64,000 nucleotides of DNA, from contig DIRT01000023.1 in the NCBI GenBank assembly GCA_002427605.1, positions 2,936 through 66,935 on the forward strand, given 5' to 3'. Below the pieces are notes generated by a model. That model was not told where the DNA came from. It worked only from the letters and a program-made list of their open reading frames with translations, and did no database searches. Of the stretch, positions 48,362 through 60,500 are shown piece by piece; the first letter of the stretch is position 1; the number at the start of each line of letters is the position of its first letter. Made by a program: the position numbers and the translations under genes. Source of the stretch: Bacteroidales bacterium UBA5429. Lineage in GTDB: Bacteria; Bacteroidota; Bacteroidia; Bacteroidales; WCHB1-69.

Positions 48362-48460
48362 TTTTCTTTCTTCTTTTTGGACTAAAAAAAAATGGGGGGC
48401 AGAAAAAGTCTCCCTTTTTAGATATTATTATTTCCCCACTCTCTAAAATCTACCTCTTTT
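48362..48460 (-). repeat. G-run/C-run intergenic element, copy C
   Basis: The minus strand reads AAAAGAGGTAGATTTTAGAGAGTGGGGAAATAATAATATCTAAAAAGGGAGACTTTTTCTGCCCCCCATTTTTTTTTAGTCCAAAAAGAAGAAAG. Confidence 0.75.
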
Positions 48461-48529
48461 CCTATTTTCTACACTCTTCGTGACACCTAAAGTTATCATG
48501 AAATGAGATTTTTCTCAACTATGCCAAAA

Positions 48530-48694
48530 TTACATTTTTCTTTTTGACAACTCACACCCTATACATCCGTCACAACCACTACTGCAGTCTCTTTTTTTCT
48601 TAGAATATTGGATAATCTTATAGATTGAATAACTCACCGCTAACACAATGACCACAGCTACAATAATATTCTGCACCATATCCACTCCTTTCAT
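48530..48694 (-). CDS. FeoB-associated Cys-rich membrane protein
   Basis: MKGVDMVQNIIVAVVIVLAVSYSIY is a TM helix, followed by CSSGCDGCIGC. It starts 2 nt after the feoB stop. Confidence 0.7.
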   Translation of the reverse strand: MKGVDMVQNIIVAVVIVLAVSYSIYKIIQYSKKKRDCSSGCDGCIGCELSKRKM

Positions 48695-48696
48695 AG

Positions 48697-51192
48697 TTAT
48701 ATCATGATTCCAATATGATAAACGGCAAATGCTACTAACCACGCCAACAGCGTCGTGTAGAATATCGTAAAAATCGCCCAACCCAGGCTTGCTTCCCTAC
48801 GAATTGCTGCAATCACCGCGACACAAGGGAAGTAGATCAGAATAAACAGCATAAAACCGAATGCTACCAGCGGAGTAAACACCTTCTGCCCCTTTAGTTT
48901 GCCAGTTGTATGAACCTGTTGTTGCAATTTTACTGCCAGATTATGAGAATTTTCGTCTGCTTCAAAATCAGCATGATAAAGTACGCCCATAGTACTTACT
49001 ACAATCTCCTTTGCAGCTAATCCTGTAATGATGCTAATTCCTATCTTCCAGTCAAATCCGAGAGGCTGTAAAACCGGCTCTACAAATTTACCCATCTGAC
49101 CAATATAGGACTGTTCCTGATGAACACCCTCCTTTTCTAGTTCCAATTCAAGCACCAACTTATCCTTTTCATCGGAAGAGAGTGTTTCATTTAGCTCCAC
49201 TTGAGCAATTTGGTAATCATACTTCTCAATCAATTCTTTATTTTGTGGGAAATAGCTCAATGCCCATATAATTATGGAAGCAACCAAAATCACAGTACCC
49301 ATTTTTCGTAAATACTGGGATGCTTTATGCCACATATGCCGTAAAGTATTGCGCATCGTTGGAAGACGATATGGTGGTAACTCCATCACAAAAGGAACAT
49401 CCTGTTTAGAAAATACCGTATTTTTCAACAACAGTGCGCTAAGAACCGCAATTAAAATTCCAATTAAATAAATAGAAAAGAGAATCAATCCCTGATGTTT
49501 GGGAAAGAAAGCTGAAATAATCAGCAGATAAACAGGTAAACGAGCACTACAAGACATAAATGGGATGATCAGCATCGTCATAATACGATCTTTTCGATTT
49601 TCGAGGGTTCTGGTTGCCATAATCGCCGGCACATTACATCCAACCCCCATCAATAGAGGAATGAACGATTTTCCGTGCAATCCGATTTTATGCATCAGTT
49701 TATCCATAATGAAAGAAACCCGTGCCATATAGCCGGTATCCTCCATCAGTGAGATAAAAAAGAAGAGAATCAGGATATTAGGTAAAAAGACGATTACTCC
49801 TCCAACCCCACCAATCACACCATCAATCAGGAGGTCATGCAAAGCCCCATCCGGTATCCTTGTGGATAATAGTTTCCCCAGATACCCAACTCCCATTTCT
49901 ATCCATTCCATCGGATAGGCTCCCAATGTAAAAGTGGTCTGGAACATCAGCCACATAAAAAAGAAAAAGATAGGAAATCCCCAATATTTATGAGTAAGAA
50001 AACGATCAAAATTTTTCTTCTTTTTAAGGATTTCTCTTTTATTAGGGGAGACCGATTCAAGTAGTGCTCCCGAAATAAACCCGTATTTTGCATCAGCAAT
50101 TACCGTTTCTGACTTCTCTTTATACTCTTTTTCCAACCTACGGATCTCTGCTTCAGCTATTTTTTTTACAGATTCATAGTTTGAACAGACTTTTAACCGT
50201 TCCAGGGTAGATTGATCTCTTTCCAATAACTTAATAGCCAGATAACGCTTGGAATATTGGTCTGTCAACTCCTTATTCTTGCGCAACTCTGTACGAATAC
50301 GGTCTATTGATTCTTCAATCATAGATCCATAATTGATATGGATGTGACGAGTAATCGGATCCTGATCTTCATACACCTCGATAATCTTCTCGAGCAATGC
50401 TACCAATCCCACTCCTTTAACAGCAATAGTGGGTATAATCGGGATTCCAAGCAACAAGCCCAAATTGTGATAATTCAATTCTATTCCTTTATACTCCAAC
50501 TCATCGTACATATTTAAAGCAATCACCACTTTTATATCCATGTCGATCAATTGTGTTGTCAGGAAGAGGTTTCTTTCCAGGTTGGAGGCATCCACAACAT
50601 TGACTACCACATCCGGTTTCTTTTCCCAAATATGATTTCTGACAAACAACTCTTCCGGCGTATATTCAGTGATTGAATAGGTTCCGGGAAGGTCTGTGAA
50701 GTTCATTTTGTAGGACTCAAACTTGACTACTGCTTCTTTGATATCTACTGTAACTCCCCCATAATTACCCACTCTTTCGTGAGAACCTGAAACTCTGTTA
50801 AAAAGGGTTGTTTTCCCGGAATTTGGGTTACCCACCAGGGCTACATTAATCCGTTTTGTTTTGGGAATAGCCCGCATGCGGGGTGTCTCTTCGATAATAA
50901 TCCCCTCATAATGAAAAAGCTGCTGCAAGTCTCCCTCTATTAAAGGTTCTACCTCAATCATGGCGGCTTCACTACGTCTGAGCGACATATTATAGCCCAT
51001 AATCTCATACTCAATCGGATCTTGCAAAGGTGCATTTTTGATCACTTTTACCTTTTTCCCTTTCACAAACCCCATCTCGGTGATTCTCTTTCTGAACGCA
51101 CCATGTCCCAAAACCTTGGTAATATATACTGACTCTCCGGTTGGAATATCGGAGAGATAAACATGACAATTCCTATCTTCCATCATCTTCAT
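48697..51192 (-). CDS. feoB: Ferrous iron transporter, FeoA-FeoB fusion
   Basis: The N-terminal FeoA-like SH3 domain reads [23 protein letters not shown]. The G-domain has [12 protein letters not shown] and DLPGTYS, followed by a polytopic permease body. Confidence 0.9.
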   Translation of the reverse strand: MKMMEDRNCHVYLSDIPTGESVYITKVLGHGAFRKRITEMGFVKGKKVKVIKNAPLQDPIEYEIMGYNMSLRRSEAAMIEVEPLIEGDLQQLFHYEGIIIEETPRMRAIPKTKRINVALVGNPNSGKTTLFNRVSGSHERVGNYGGVTVDIKEAVVKFESYKMNFTDLPGTYSITEYTPEELFVRNHIWEKKPDVVVNVVDASNLERNLFLTTQLIDMDIKVVIALNMYDELEYKGIELNYHNLGLLLGIPIIPTIAVKGVGLVALLEKIIEVYEDQDPITRHIHINYGSMIEESIDRIRTELRKNKELTDQYSKRYLAIKLLERDQSTLERLKVCSNYESVKKIAEAEIRRLEKEYKEKSETVIADAKYGFISGALLESVSPNKREILKKKKNFDRFLTHKYWGFPIFFFFMWLMFQTTFTLGAYPMEWIEMGVGYLGKLLSTRIPDGALHDLLIDGVIGGVGGVIVFLPNILILFFFISLMEDTGYMARVSFIMDKLMHKIGLHGKSFIPLLMGVGCNVPAIMATRTLENRKDRIMTMLIIPFMSCSARLPVYLLIISAFFPKHQGLILFSIYLIGILIAVLSALLLKNTVFSKQDVPFVMELPPYRLPTMRNTLRHMWHKASQYLRKMGTVILVASIIIWALSYFPQNKELIEKYDYQIAQVELNETLSSDEKDKLVLELELEKEGVHQEQSYIGQMGKFVEPVLQPLGFDWKIGISIITGLAAKEIVVSTMGVLYHADFEADENSHNLAVKLQQQVHTTGKLKGQKVFTPLVAFGFMLFILIYFPCVAVIAAIRREASLGWAIFTIFYTTLLAWLVAFAVYHIGIMI

Positions 51193-51277
51193 TTATTTGC
51201 AAACGCAAAATTATAAAAAAAACAGGAACTTAATTATCATTAAAATAGGTGAAATATTGTACAACCAATCACTATTA

Positions 51278-51880
51278 TTAGTGAGCCAATGTAATTTGAT
51301 CTATTGTTACATAATTATTGGTAACCGCGTAGATGGTCAATCCCGAAACAGACTTAATTCCTGTCTTTTGGGATATATTCTTTCGGTGTGTATTTACGGT
51401 ATGTACGCTAATATTAAGGTGATAAGCTATCTGTTTATTAGTAAACCCTTGTGCTAAAAGCTGTAAAACTTCAATCTCACGATCACTAAGAAGCAAGTTC
51501 TGAGAAATGGTATCCCCTTTTTTTGATTGAATTACCTGAGAAACAGTATGATTGATCATTTCAGGAGTATCTTGTACAGTTATCACAGCATCAAACTGAC
51601 TTATAATCTTGGGATCAACGTGCCAATGACAAAATGCTATCAAACTAACCTTCAGATACTTAGACCTTAGCTGTTGAAACTCCTTTAGATTATACTGGAC
51701 AGAATAAGGATTGATCAATACAACACTATCCTCATGAAGTTCTAAGCAGGACTCCAACTCTTGAAAACTGAATATCTGTTTAACTTTTCGGGCATGTTGG
51801 GCAGGTTGCAACACCTGAGCCAACCCTTCATATAGAATTGAAGAAGATTCCAGAATCAGAATGGAGGCGATCAGTTTCAT
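51278..51880 (-). CDS. LuxR/NarL-type DNA-binding regulator with degenerate (pseudo-)receiver domain
   Basis: The C-terminal HTH reads LSDREIEVLQLLAQGFTNKQIAYHLNISVHTVNTHRKNI. In the receiver-like N-terminus, ES replaces the DD pair (ILILESSS) and LIN replaces the phospho-acceptor LLD. Confidence 0.7.
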   Translation of the reverse strand: MKLIASILILESSSILYEGLAQVLQPAQHARKVKQIFSFQELESCLELHEDSVVLINPYSVQYNLKEFQQLRSKYLKVSLIAFCHWHVDPKIISQFDAVITVQDTPEMINHTVSQVIQSKKGDTISQNLLLSDREIEVLQLLAQGFTNKQIAYHLNISVHTVNTHRKNISQKTGIKSVSGLTIYAVTNNYVTIDQITLAH

Positions 51881-52599
51881 TGCTTCCTCTTTAAATTTTG
51901 TTCAACATTTTGAGCTAAAGGAATCAATATCTGTTCTTCAATTTTACTGTGGATTTTCAAATCATAATCCAACTCAACCAAAGTAAGAAAAAGACTCCTC
52001 CTGATATGAAAATCTTTCTGATAAGGTAAATACTTCACTAATAGATTCACCAAATCATCCAATTTTTCCTCAATATCATCATGATGTTCAACATAATCGC
52101 TCACGGAATAGGTCATCATATTGGGAGCTATTTCGGTATCGGATGCTGCTTTATAGAGTTGTTCGATATAAGGATGGGCCACTTCCAGCTCATAATTCAG
52201 GTGTTCTCTCACCTCATTGAAGTAAAGTTCAAAAAAACGCTCCAACAAAGCGATCTCTTTCGAATCATTCAACTGTTGAATCTCTTGAATGGCACGTTCA
52301 ATTTTTGGATAGATATCGTCCAAATAATATCGATGGGTATTGTTTAAAAAGTGAATAATTGTGGGCAGATCATCCACGGTGATAGCGGTGGAATCTGCAA
52401 CTTCGTGGCGAAGATACAGATTACCTATTGCAATAAAAAGTGCTTCACTAATTTGGTATTGCTGACAGATTTCAGCTACCGTTTTGCTTTGTAAAGGTGT
52501 GTCAATATTAAAGTGTTCTAAAAAAAGAATGAAGTGGGGATACTCAAATACTACCTGAGCCACTTCTGTATCGGCATGTATAAAAAACTGAGTAGCCAT
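51877..52599 (-). CDS. Hemerythrin / RIC (ScdA/YtfE)-like di-iron protein
   Basis: His/Glu-rich helices are present: NTHRYYLDDIYPKIE, REHLNYELEVAHPYIE, VEHHDDIEEKLDDL and HSKIEEQIL. It shares an ATGA overlap with the LuxR-type gene. Confidence 0.55.
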   Translation of the reverse strand: MATQFFIHADTEVAQVVFEYPHFILFLEHFNIDTPLQSKTVAEICQQYQISEALFIAIGNLYLRHEVADSTAITVDDLPTIIHFLNNTHRYYLDDIYPKIERAIQEIQQLNDSKEIALLERFFELYFNEVREHLNYELEVAHPYIEQLYKAASDTEIAPNMMTYSVSDYVEHHDDIEEKLDDLVNLLVKYLPYQKDFHIRRSLFLTLVELDYDLKIHSKIEEQILIPLAQNVEQNLKRKQ

Positions 52600-52601
52600 G
52601 G

Positions 52602-53198
52602 CTATTTTCTTATTACACCCTTACAGCCATATTGTCTGTCAGCCTTGATTACAAAATACTCCTCATACATTTCAAAAGCTTCTTGAATAATCTGATGAGC
52701 TACATCTTTATTAAAGAACTCTTCCACCTCAACAGTTTTATTTTCCAGTTTGGTATATTCTTCAAAGAAGTTGCGTAATTCTGTAGTAAAGTGATCTGCC
52801 AGTTCTGTAATATCATTTACATAATTGATACTGGGGTCACCGGCATTGACTGCAATTATTTTATCATCCGCTTCTCCATTATCCAACATTCGCATTACTC
52901 CAATTACCTTGGCCGGAACGATACAAAGGGGGACTATCTCCACCTGTGAAACAATCATGATGTCTAACGGGTCTTTGTCATCGCAATAGGTACGAGGAAT
53001 AAAGCCGTAGTTAGCCGGATAATACATCGAGGAGTAAAGTACGCGGTCCAATATCAATAAACCACTATCCTTATCTAATTCATACTTAGCACGACTTCCC
53101 TTTGGAATCTCAACAATACCGTTAACAATTTGGGGAACATCATGTCCGGGATTAACACAGTGCCAGGGATTAAATGTACCGGGCAGCGGGTGACTCAT
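52602..53198 (-). CDS. ppa: Inorganic diphosphatase (family I)
   Basis: [24 protein letters not shown] and DPLDIMI are present. The likely start is MSHPL. Confidence 0.9.
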   Translation of the reverse strand: MSHPLPGTFNPWHCVNPGHDVPQIVNGIVEIPKGSRAKYELDKDSGLLILDRVLYSSMYYPANYGFIPRTYCDDKDPLDIMIVSQVEIVPLCIVPAKVIGVMRMLDNGEADDKIIAVNAGDPSINYVNDITELADHFTTELRNFFEEYTKLENKTVEVEEFFNKDVAHQIIQEAFEMYEEYFVIKADRQYGCKGVIRK

Positions 53199-53405
53199 AA
53201 ATTTATTTTTAATCATAGATGTAATAAAATAAACATTAATCTGCAAAGGTATATTTTTTTTCAATATGACACCTTTTTTTCTTCTCTCTCCGCGTAAATG
53301 TAACGAAATCTTAATGTAAAATTATAATATAGTGAATATTATATAAGTCCTTTTTTTATATACTTTTGACGTTTTGATTATTATATTGTATTTTTCAGCA
53401 AAAAA

Positions 53406-56400
53406 ATGAAAAAACTTCTATTTTTTCTATCCATTTAATTCAGTTTTTCGGTTATAAACGGGCAGATTGTGACCATTGGAAGTGGAAGCAGTACCGATAC
53501 CTTAATGCCGAGTTTATTAAGTCAAAAGTACAGCTACTCTCAGCAAATATACACTGTAGCAGAAGTGGAAGGCGCGTCTACCATCTGCGGAATATCTATA
53601 TTCAAAACCTCAAATGGTACAATCTATCGTTATGCCAAAATCTATATGGGGCATACTGAACAATCACAATTTAATGCTGACAACAACTGGATTCCAACCA
53701 ATCAATTAACTCTTGTTTTCTCAGGCATTGTCACATTTCTGGCCAATGAGTGGAGTTATATTAGTTTTGACACTCCATTTCAATACAATGGTGTTGGTAA
53801 TCTTGTAATTGCCTTTGATGATAACACTCAAGTTAAGGAAACACCTCAAGCTTTCAAAGTTTTTAGCACTTCAAACGGTTCTATCCATAGCAGTTCTGAT
53901 ATAAACAATATTGATCCCGCTTCTCCTCCGGAAGGAACACGTCTTTCTGTACGTAATCAAATAAAAATCCATAAGTGTAATCCAATATCTATGTCAAATA
54001 ATCCTATTAGTACCTGTGATTTATTGTATTCAGATCCAGGAGGGATGAATGACTATGGACCTAATCAAACTTACACACAAGTGATCACTAGCAGCATTCC
54101 GAACGACCGTTTAGAGGTAAACTTTTTAGATTTTAGTCTCGCTGATGGAGACACCCTCTGGATATTCAATGGAGATAATACTAATGCTCCACTTATTGGA
54201 ATCTTTGGAATCTATGTTAGCCCTTTTAGTTTTACTTCATCTGGAAGTTCGCTTACTTTTAGATTTAAAAGTAATGACACTATTGAATCTACAGGATGGT
54301 TGGCTCAAATCCTATGTCAGGGATGCACTCCGGTTGTTAGTACCGTTGGATCGCCTTGTTATCCTGATCCCAACAGTATCACCGGTTATGCTGCCAAACC
54401 TTTCTGTACTGATGATAATCCATTAGGAATCACGTATCCATCCGGAACAACGGGCAATACAAATGATTACCTCCCTTCTCCCGGTTGCCTTTATTTTACA
54501 ACTGGTCCGGCATGGTACTTTATGCGAATCAATGATCCTGGTGATCTGCTGATTTACATTTCACAGACTTCAATTGCTACCGGTGCCGGATTGGATGTTG
54601 ATTTTGCTTGCTGGGGTCCATTTTATGCTAACAATCAGAATGACTTTATGCAACGTTGGTGTTGTGGAGAATATAACCTCTATGATGCAAATACCCCTAG
54701 TCACAGACCCGCCGACGGAAACCATACTAATGATATGGGAGTTTATCCCGTTTCTAACCTCGTTGACTGTTCCTACTACAATCACTCTACAGAATGGGCT
54801 TTTATTCCCAATGCTCAAACAGGACAATTCTACATTCTTCTAATCACTAATTATAGTGAACAACCGGGGGAAATCTTTTTCAATAGTGTTCCTAAATACT
54901 CTACTGCTACTACTGATTGTTCCCTTTTAAGTTCTCTAAGTACTAGTAGTCATCTTTGTGAAGGAGACCCTATTGTCCTCAACTCCAACAATAATCAACC
55001 TGGTATCACTCATACATGGAATGGTCCCAACGGATTTACATCTACTTACCCCAATTTGGTTATTCCTAACGCCACTCCGGCTAACTCAGGTACCTATTAT
55101 TTGACTCTTACCAATCAATCAGGAAACTCTTTTATTGATTCCACCTATATATCTGTGCATGCAATGCCATCCGTTACGTTAAGCAGTACCGCTTTGAGTA
55201 TTTGTATTGGGGATTCAGTGACACTCACTGCCAGTGGAGCCAACGATTATAGTTGGAATCACGATTTAGGATCAGGGAGCCAACACACTACCATCCCCTC
55301 TGATAGTATTACTTACATCGTAATAGGAAACAGCTATGGGTGTATAGACACAGCCCAAATTAGTATTGCTGTAAATCCTTTACCTCAAGTTGAAATCCAG
55401 GAACCAATAGCCGAAATATGTCCCAACTACAGTGCTATTCCAATCAATAGCATCCCCTCAGGGGGAACGCCAGGATACAACTATTCGTGGTCTGGTGCCG
55501 GTATAGTAAACCAGAACAACAACACTACCCTGTTTAATCCCGAGATCACGTATTGTGATGAAGAATTTTCTATTGTGTTGGAAATTACTGACCAAAATCT
55601 TTGCAAGGGACAGGATTCAATTTTAATAGGAATCTCTGACACTATTAACCCTCAATTTACTACACTCCCCTTCCCACTTCAATATGCAACAGGAACTTTT
55701 CCTAACTATGCCATGCCCGATCTTACAGATATTGTACGGAATAACAGCAGCGATAACTGTTGGAATATAAATCAATTAATCATCTCACAAAGTATTGAAG
55801 TAGGGACTACTCTCAATGAAAACTGCTACGTTCAGGTTACTGTAACAGACCCTTGTGGAAACAGTTGTTCAACATCAATTCGAATTATTATTCCACTCCA
55901 TATTCAGATAACCGATGTAGATCATGTCAGCTGTTTTGGTGCTAATGACGAAAGTGCGGCAGTAAGTAGTTATGGAGGAATTCCGCCCTATCAATATCAA
56001 TGGAGTAATTCCGCTCCACCGGGAAGTACTGTCATTTCATCTCTGCAAGCCGGCACCTACCAAGTAACCGTAACAGACTCATTAGGTGTTGCATTAAATG
56101 ATAATATCACAATTACTCAACCGGACTCTTTAATTGTAAATTATACCAAAACTGACACACATTGTGAATAGAACAACGGAATGTTTGAATTGACACCTTC
56201 CGGTGGAACTCCTCCCTACCAATATAATTGGTCTCAAGGAGGCAATAATGCAGAAATATCAGATCTAGTAGAAGGAGTCTATTCCTGTATAATCACAGAT
56301 GCTCACGGATGCACAACAAACCTCCAGGATACCATCCATAAAATCAATCCACTGCATATTGTTGAAATTATCGGTAATCGTGAAACCTGCAATCAACAGA

Positions 56401-57329
56401 ATGGATCTATTCAGATTACACTTGCAGAAGGAACTCCCCCATATGAATACCTTTGGAACAGTGCTAACGGTTCTTCCGGTAGTGAACTCACTCAATTAGT
56501 CGGTGACTATTATTTTGTTACCATAACTGATCAATATGGTTGTACTGACACTACCTCAATAGAGATTAGCAGTGTAAATTTTAGTGTTTCAGTTGCAGAA
56601 ATCACTCCTTCATACTGTGAACGCAACAATGGTACTGTTACGCTGGCCTTGACGGGAGATGTTGAAAATCCTTTCATTGATTGGGGTCCTATTTTACATC
56701 ATAATGACTTGTATGCTCATCGTCTTTCCGGTGGAATTTACACGGTATACATCGCAGATTATGGGTGTATTGATTCGATCACATTTGAGATTGAAGATAT
56801 TCCCAGACCTATTGCCTGTTTCGATTACGACCCTACTGGTGAACTTGAAATCAACCAAATGGTTTATTTTTATAACTGTTCTTCTCATGGAGAATTTTAT
56901 GAATGGGATTTTGGAGATGGTTATACCTATACTGAATACAATGCACAACATGCATATTATGGTGGAGGAAAATATGAAGTAACCCTGTACACCTCCAATC
57001 AATATGGCTGTATTGACTCCACCAGTGTATTCATTATTGTTAGAGGAGGAGTCACTGTACATATTCCTAATGCATTTACACCCGATCAGGATGGATTTAA
57101 TGATGTTTTTCTTCCTTTATTCTCCTTAATCAATGAAACAGGTTATCAGTTGACCATTTTAAATCGTTGGGGTCAGATTGTTTTTCATACTACTAATCCT
57201 ACAGATGGATGGGATGGAACCTATCGCAATAAGGAAGCTCTTGCCGGAACATATGGTTACGTGCTTATTTTCCAAGATGAGGCTGGAAAAAAATATAGAC
57301 GTGCCGGCACATTGCACTTAATCAGATAG
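53406..57329 (+). pseudogene. Giant T9SS type-B-CTD adhesin gene, paralog 1, with two in-frame stops (TAA 53436..53438, TAG 56169..56171)
   Basis: ATG 53406 gives MKKLLFFLSI*FSFSVINGQIVTIGS, aligning with MRQLTLFLFILFNFSFINGQVVTIGS of paralog 2. Further down, THCE*NNGMFEL aligns with TYCERNNGKFEV. Track ORFs 53469..56171 and 56181..57329 are in the same frame. Confidence 0.75.
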
Positions 57330-57562
57330 TATAAAAGCATATTAACATTTTTATTTTAAGTTAGAATATTCATTTCTAACATTTTATCAAATTTGAGAAC
57401 TTACGATAAATTGTTTGAGATTTTATCGGACAATGAAATATTTTTTCATTGTAAATGTAACAAAATCTTAATATAAGAGTATAATATACAGAACATTAAG
57501 GTCATATAAAAACTAATTTATATCCTTTTGAACACTTAAATTTGATATTATCCACTAATTCG

Positions 57563-60500
57563 ATGAGGCAACTTACGCTTTTTCTGTTTATCTTATTCAA
57601 CTTCTCATTTATTAATGGGCAGGTTGTGACTATTGGAAGTGGAAATAATACCAATACATCAATTCCCGGTGTTTTAAGTCAAAATTACAGCTACTCCCAA
57701 CAGATTTACACAGCCTCTGAACTGGATGGTGCTGCCCCCATTTGCGGAATATCCCTATTCAAATCCTCAAGTGGTATAATCTATCGTTATATTACCATCT
57801 ATTTAGGTCACACGGAGCAATCGGAGTTTAGTTCTAATAACAGCTGGGTCCCAGCCGGTGAACTAACAGTTGTTTTCTCCGGCATTGTCAAGTTTCTACC
57901 CAACACATGGAGCTATATTAGTTTTGACACCCCATTTCAATATGATGGAGTCGATAATCTTGTAATCGCCTTTGATGACAATACTCAAATTAAGGAGGCT
58001 GCTCAAACATTCAAGACTTTTAGTACACCCAATGGTTCTATCTACAAGAGTTCAGACATAAGCAATCCTGACCCCGCCTCTCCACTGGTAGGAACACGTG
58101 TTCACGCACGCAATCAAATAAAAATCCATAAGTGTACTCCAACACCGATGTCTAATTCTCCTATTCATACCTGTGATTTATTATATTCAGATCCAGGGGG
58201 GATGGACAATTATAGCCCCAATCAAAATTTTACACAAGTGATTACCAGTAGCTCTCCGAACAGTCGTTTGGAGGTACGCTTTTTAGATTTTAATTTGGCT
58301 GATGGGGACACTCTTTGGATATACAACGGAAACAGCACCAATGCTCCACTTGTTGGAATTTTCGGAGTTTATGTCAATCCTTTTAGTTTTACCTCATCAG
58401 GAGGTTCACTCACTTTTAAATTTAAAAGCGATAACAGCATTGAATCTGCAGGCTGGTTAGCTCAAATTGAATGTCGGAGTTGCACTCCTGTTGCTACTAC
58501 CACCGGATCACCCTGTCAGCCCGATCCTAACAGTATCACCGGCTATGCAGCCAAACCTTTCTGTACTGATGAGAATCCAATGGGTATCAGTTATCCATCC
58601 GGAATATCGGGCAGTACAGAATCATACATTACCGCTCCCGGTTGTCTTGGTTCAACTCCGGCACCGGCATGGTACTTTATGCGCATCAATACTCCCGGCG
58701 ATCTATTGATCTACATTTCCCAAACTTCAATTGCAAGCGGTGCCGGGATAGATGTCGATTTTGCCTGCTGGGGTCCTTTTTATGCTGATAATCAAAATGA
58801 CTTCATGCAACGATGGTGTTGTGGAGAATATGATCTTTATGACGGAAGTGCTTCAACTCACAGGCCTCCAAATGGAGTACATACCAACGATATGGGCGGT
58901 TATCCCATCTCTAATCTTGTTGACTGCTCCTACCATATTGAATCCACAGAATGGGCATTTATTCCCAATGCTCAAGAGGGGCAATACTACATTCTGCTGA
59001 TCACCAATTACAGACGCCACCCGGGGATAATCGATTTTAATACTGTTTCGGAATATACTACAGCTACTACCGATTGTTCCGTTTTGGCATCAATCACCGG
59101 CAGTGGTCATATTTGCGAGGGAGAATCCATCTACCTTAACTCCAACAACAACCAGCCCGATATCACGCACTCCTGGAGTGGTCCTAACGGATTTACATCT
59201 ACTTATCCCAACCCAATCATTCCCGGTGCCACTTCAGCAAACTCGGGAACTTATTACTTAACTGTTACCAATCAGGCAGGAAACTCTTCTACTGACAGTA
59301 CACAGGTATTTGTGCACCCCATTCCATCCGTTACGTTAAACAGTAGCGCTCTGAGCATTTGTTCGGGCGAATCGGTGACACTCACTGCTGATGGAGCCAA
59401 CAGCTACAGTTGGAGTCACGATTTAGGACCCGGCAGCCAACACACTACCATCCCCCCCAATAATACTAATTACATAGTAATAGGAAATAGTTATGGATGT
59501 ATAGATACAGCACAAATCACGATTACAGTAAATCCTTCACCGCAAGTCCAAATCCAGGAACCGATGGGCGAAATGTGTCCCAATAGCGCTACCATATCAA
59601 TTAATAGCATCTCTTTCGGAGGATCTCCGGGATATAGCTATTCGTGGTCAGGTGTCGGTATTGTAAATCAAAATAGCAGCACAACCCAATTTACTCCAAA
59701 TATTACGCACTGTGATGCTGAAATTCCTGTTACATTGGAAGTTACTGACCAAAATCTTTGCACAGGACGCGATTCGATTTCCATCAACGTCTCTGATATT
59801 ATTAATCCCCAATTTACAACACTTCCTTTTCCTTTTCAATATGCAACAGGAACTTTTCCAAACTATACAATGCCTGATCTCACCGATTTAGTCCGCAACA
59901 ACAGCAGTGATAACTGTTGGGATATCAATCAGTTAAACATCTCACAAAGCATTGCAGCAGGAACTATCCTCAATGAAAACTGCTACGTTCAGGTGACTGT
60001 AACAGATCCTTGTGGTAATAGTTCTACTGCTTCAGTTCGCATTATTATTCCGTTCTATGTTCAGATGACCGATTCAACTCAGGTTAGCTGTTTTGGGGGT
60101 AATGATGGAAGTGCAACCGTCAGTGGTTACGGCGGCATTCCACCTTATCAATACCAATGGAGTAATTCCGCTTCACCAGGAGGTACTGTTAATTCATCTT
60201 TACAAGCGGGCAACTATCAGGTAACAGTTACAGACTCACTAGGTGTCTCATTGAGTGCCTATGTCACTATTACACAACCGAACTTATTATCTGTTAATTA
60301 CACTACAACTGATACGTACTGTGAACGAAATAACGGAAAGTTCGAAGTGATTCCCGCCGGTGGGACTCCACCTTACCAATATAGTTGGTCAAATGGAGAA
60401 AATAGTGCACAAGTATTAAATCTGGAAGCAGGATTCTATTCTTGTACCATCACTGATATTCATGGATGTACAACGAGCCTCCACGACACTATTCATAAAC

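Noticed and set aside
9151-56171. Stop-codon reassignment (TAA or TAG read as sense) as an explanation for the three in-frame stops
   Set aside because: All three stop codons terminate confident housekeeping genes in this window: TAG for murB and mnmE, TGA for anmK, TAA for dnaK and feoB. Dozens of long ORFs contain no internal stops. A recoded genome would show many more interruptions.
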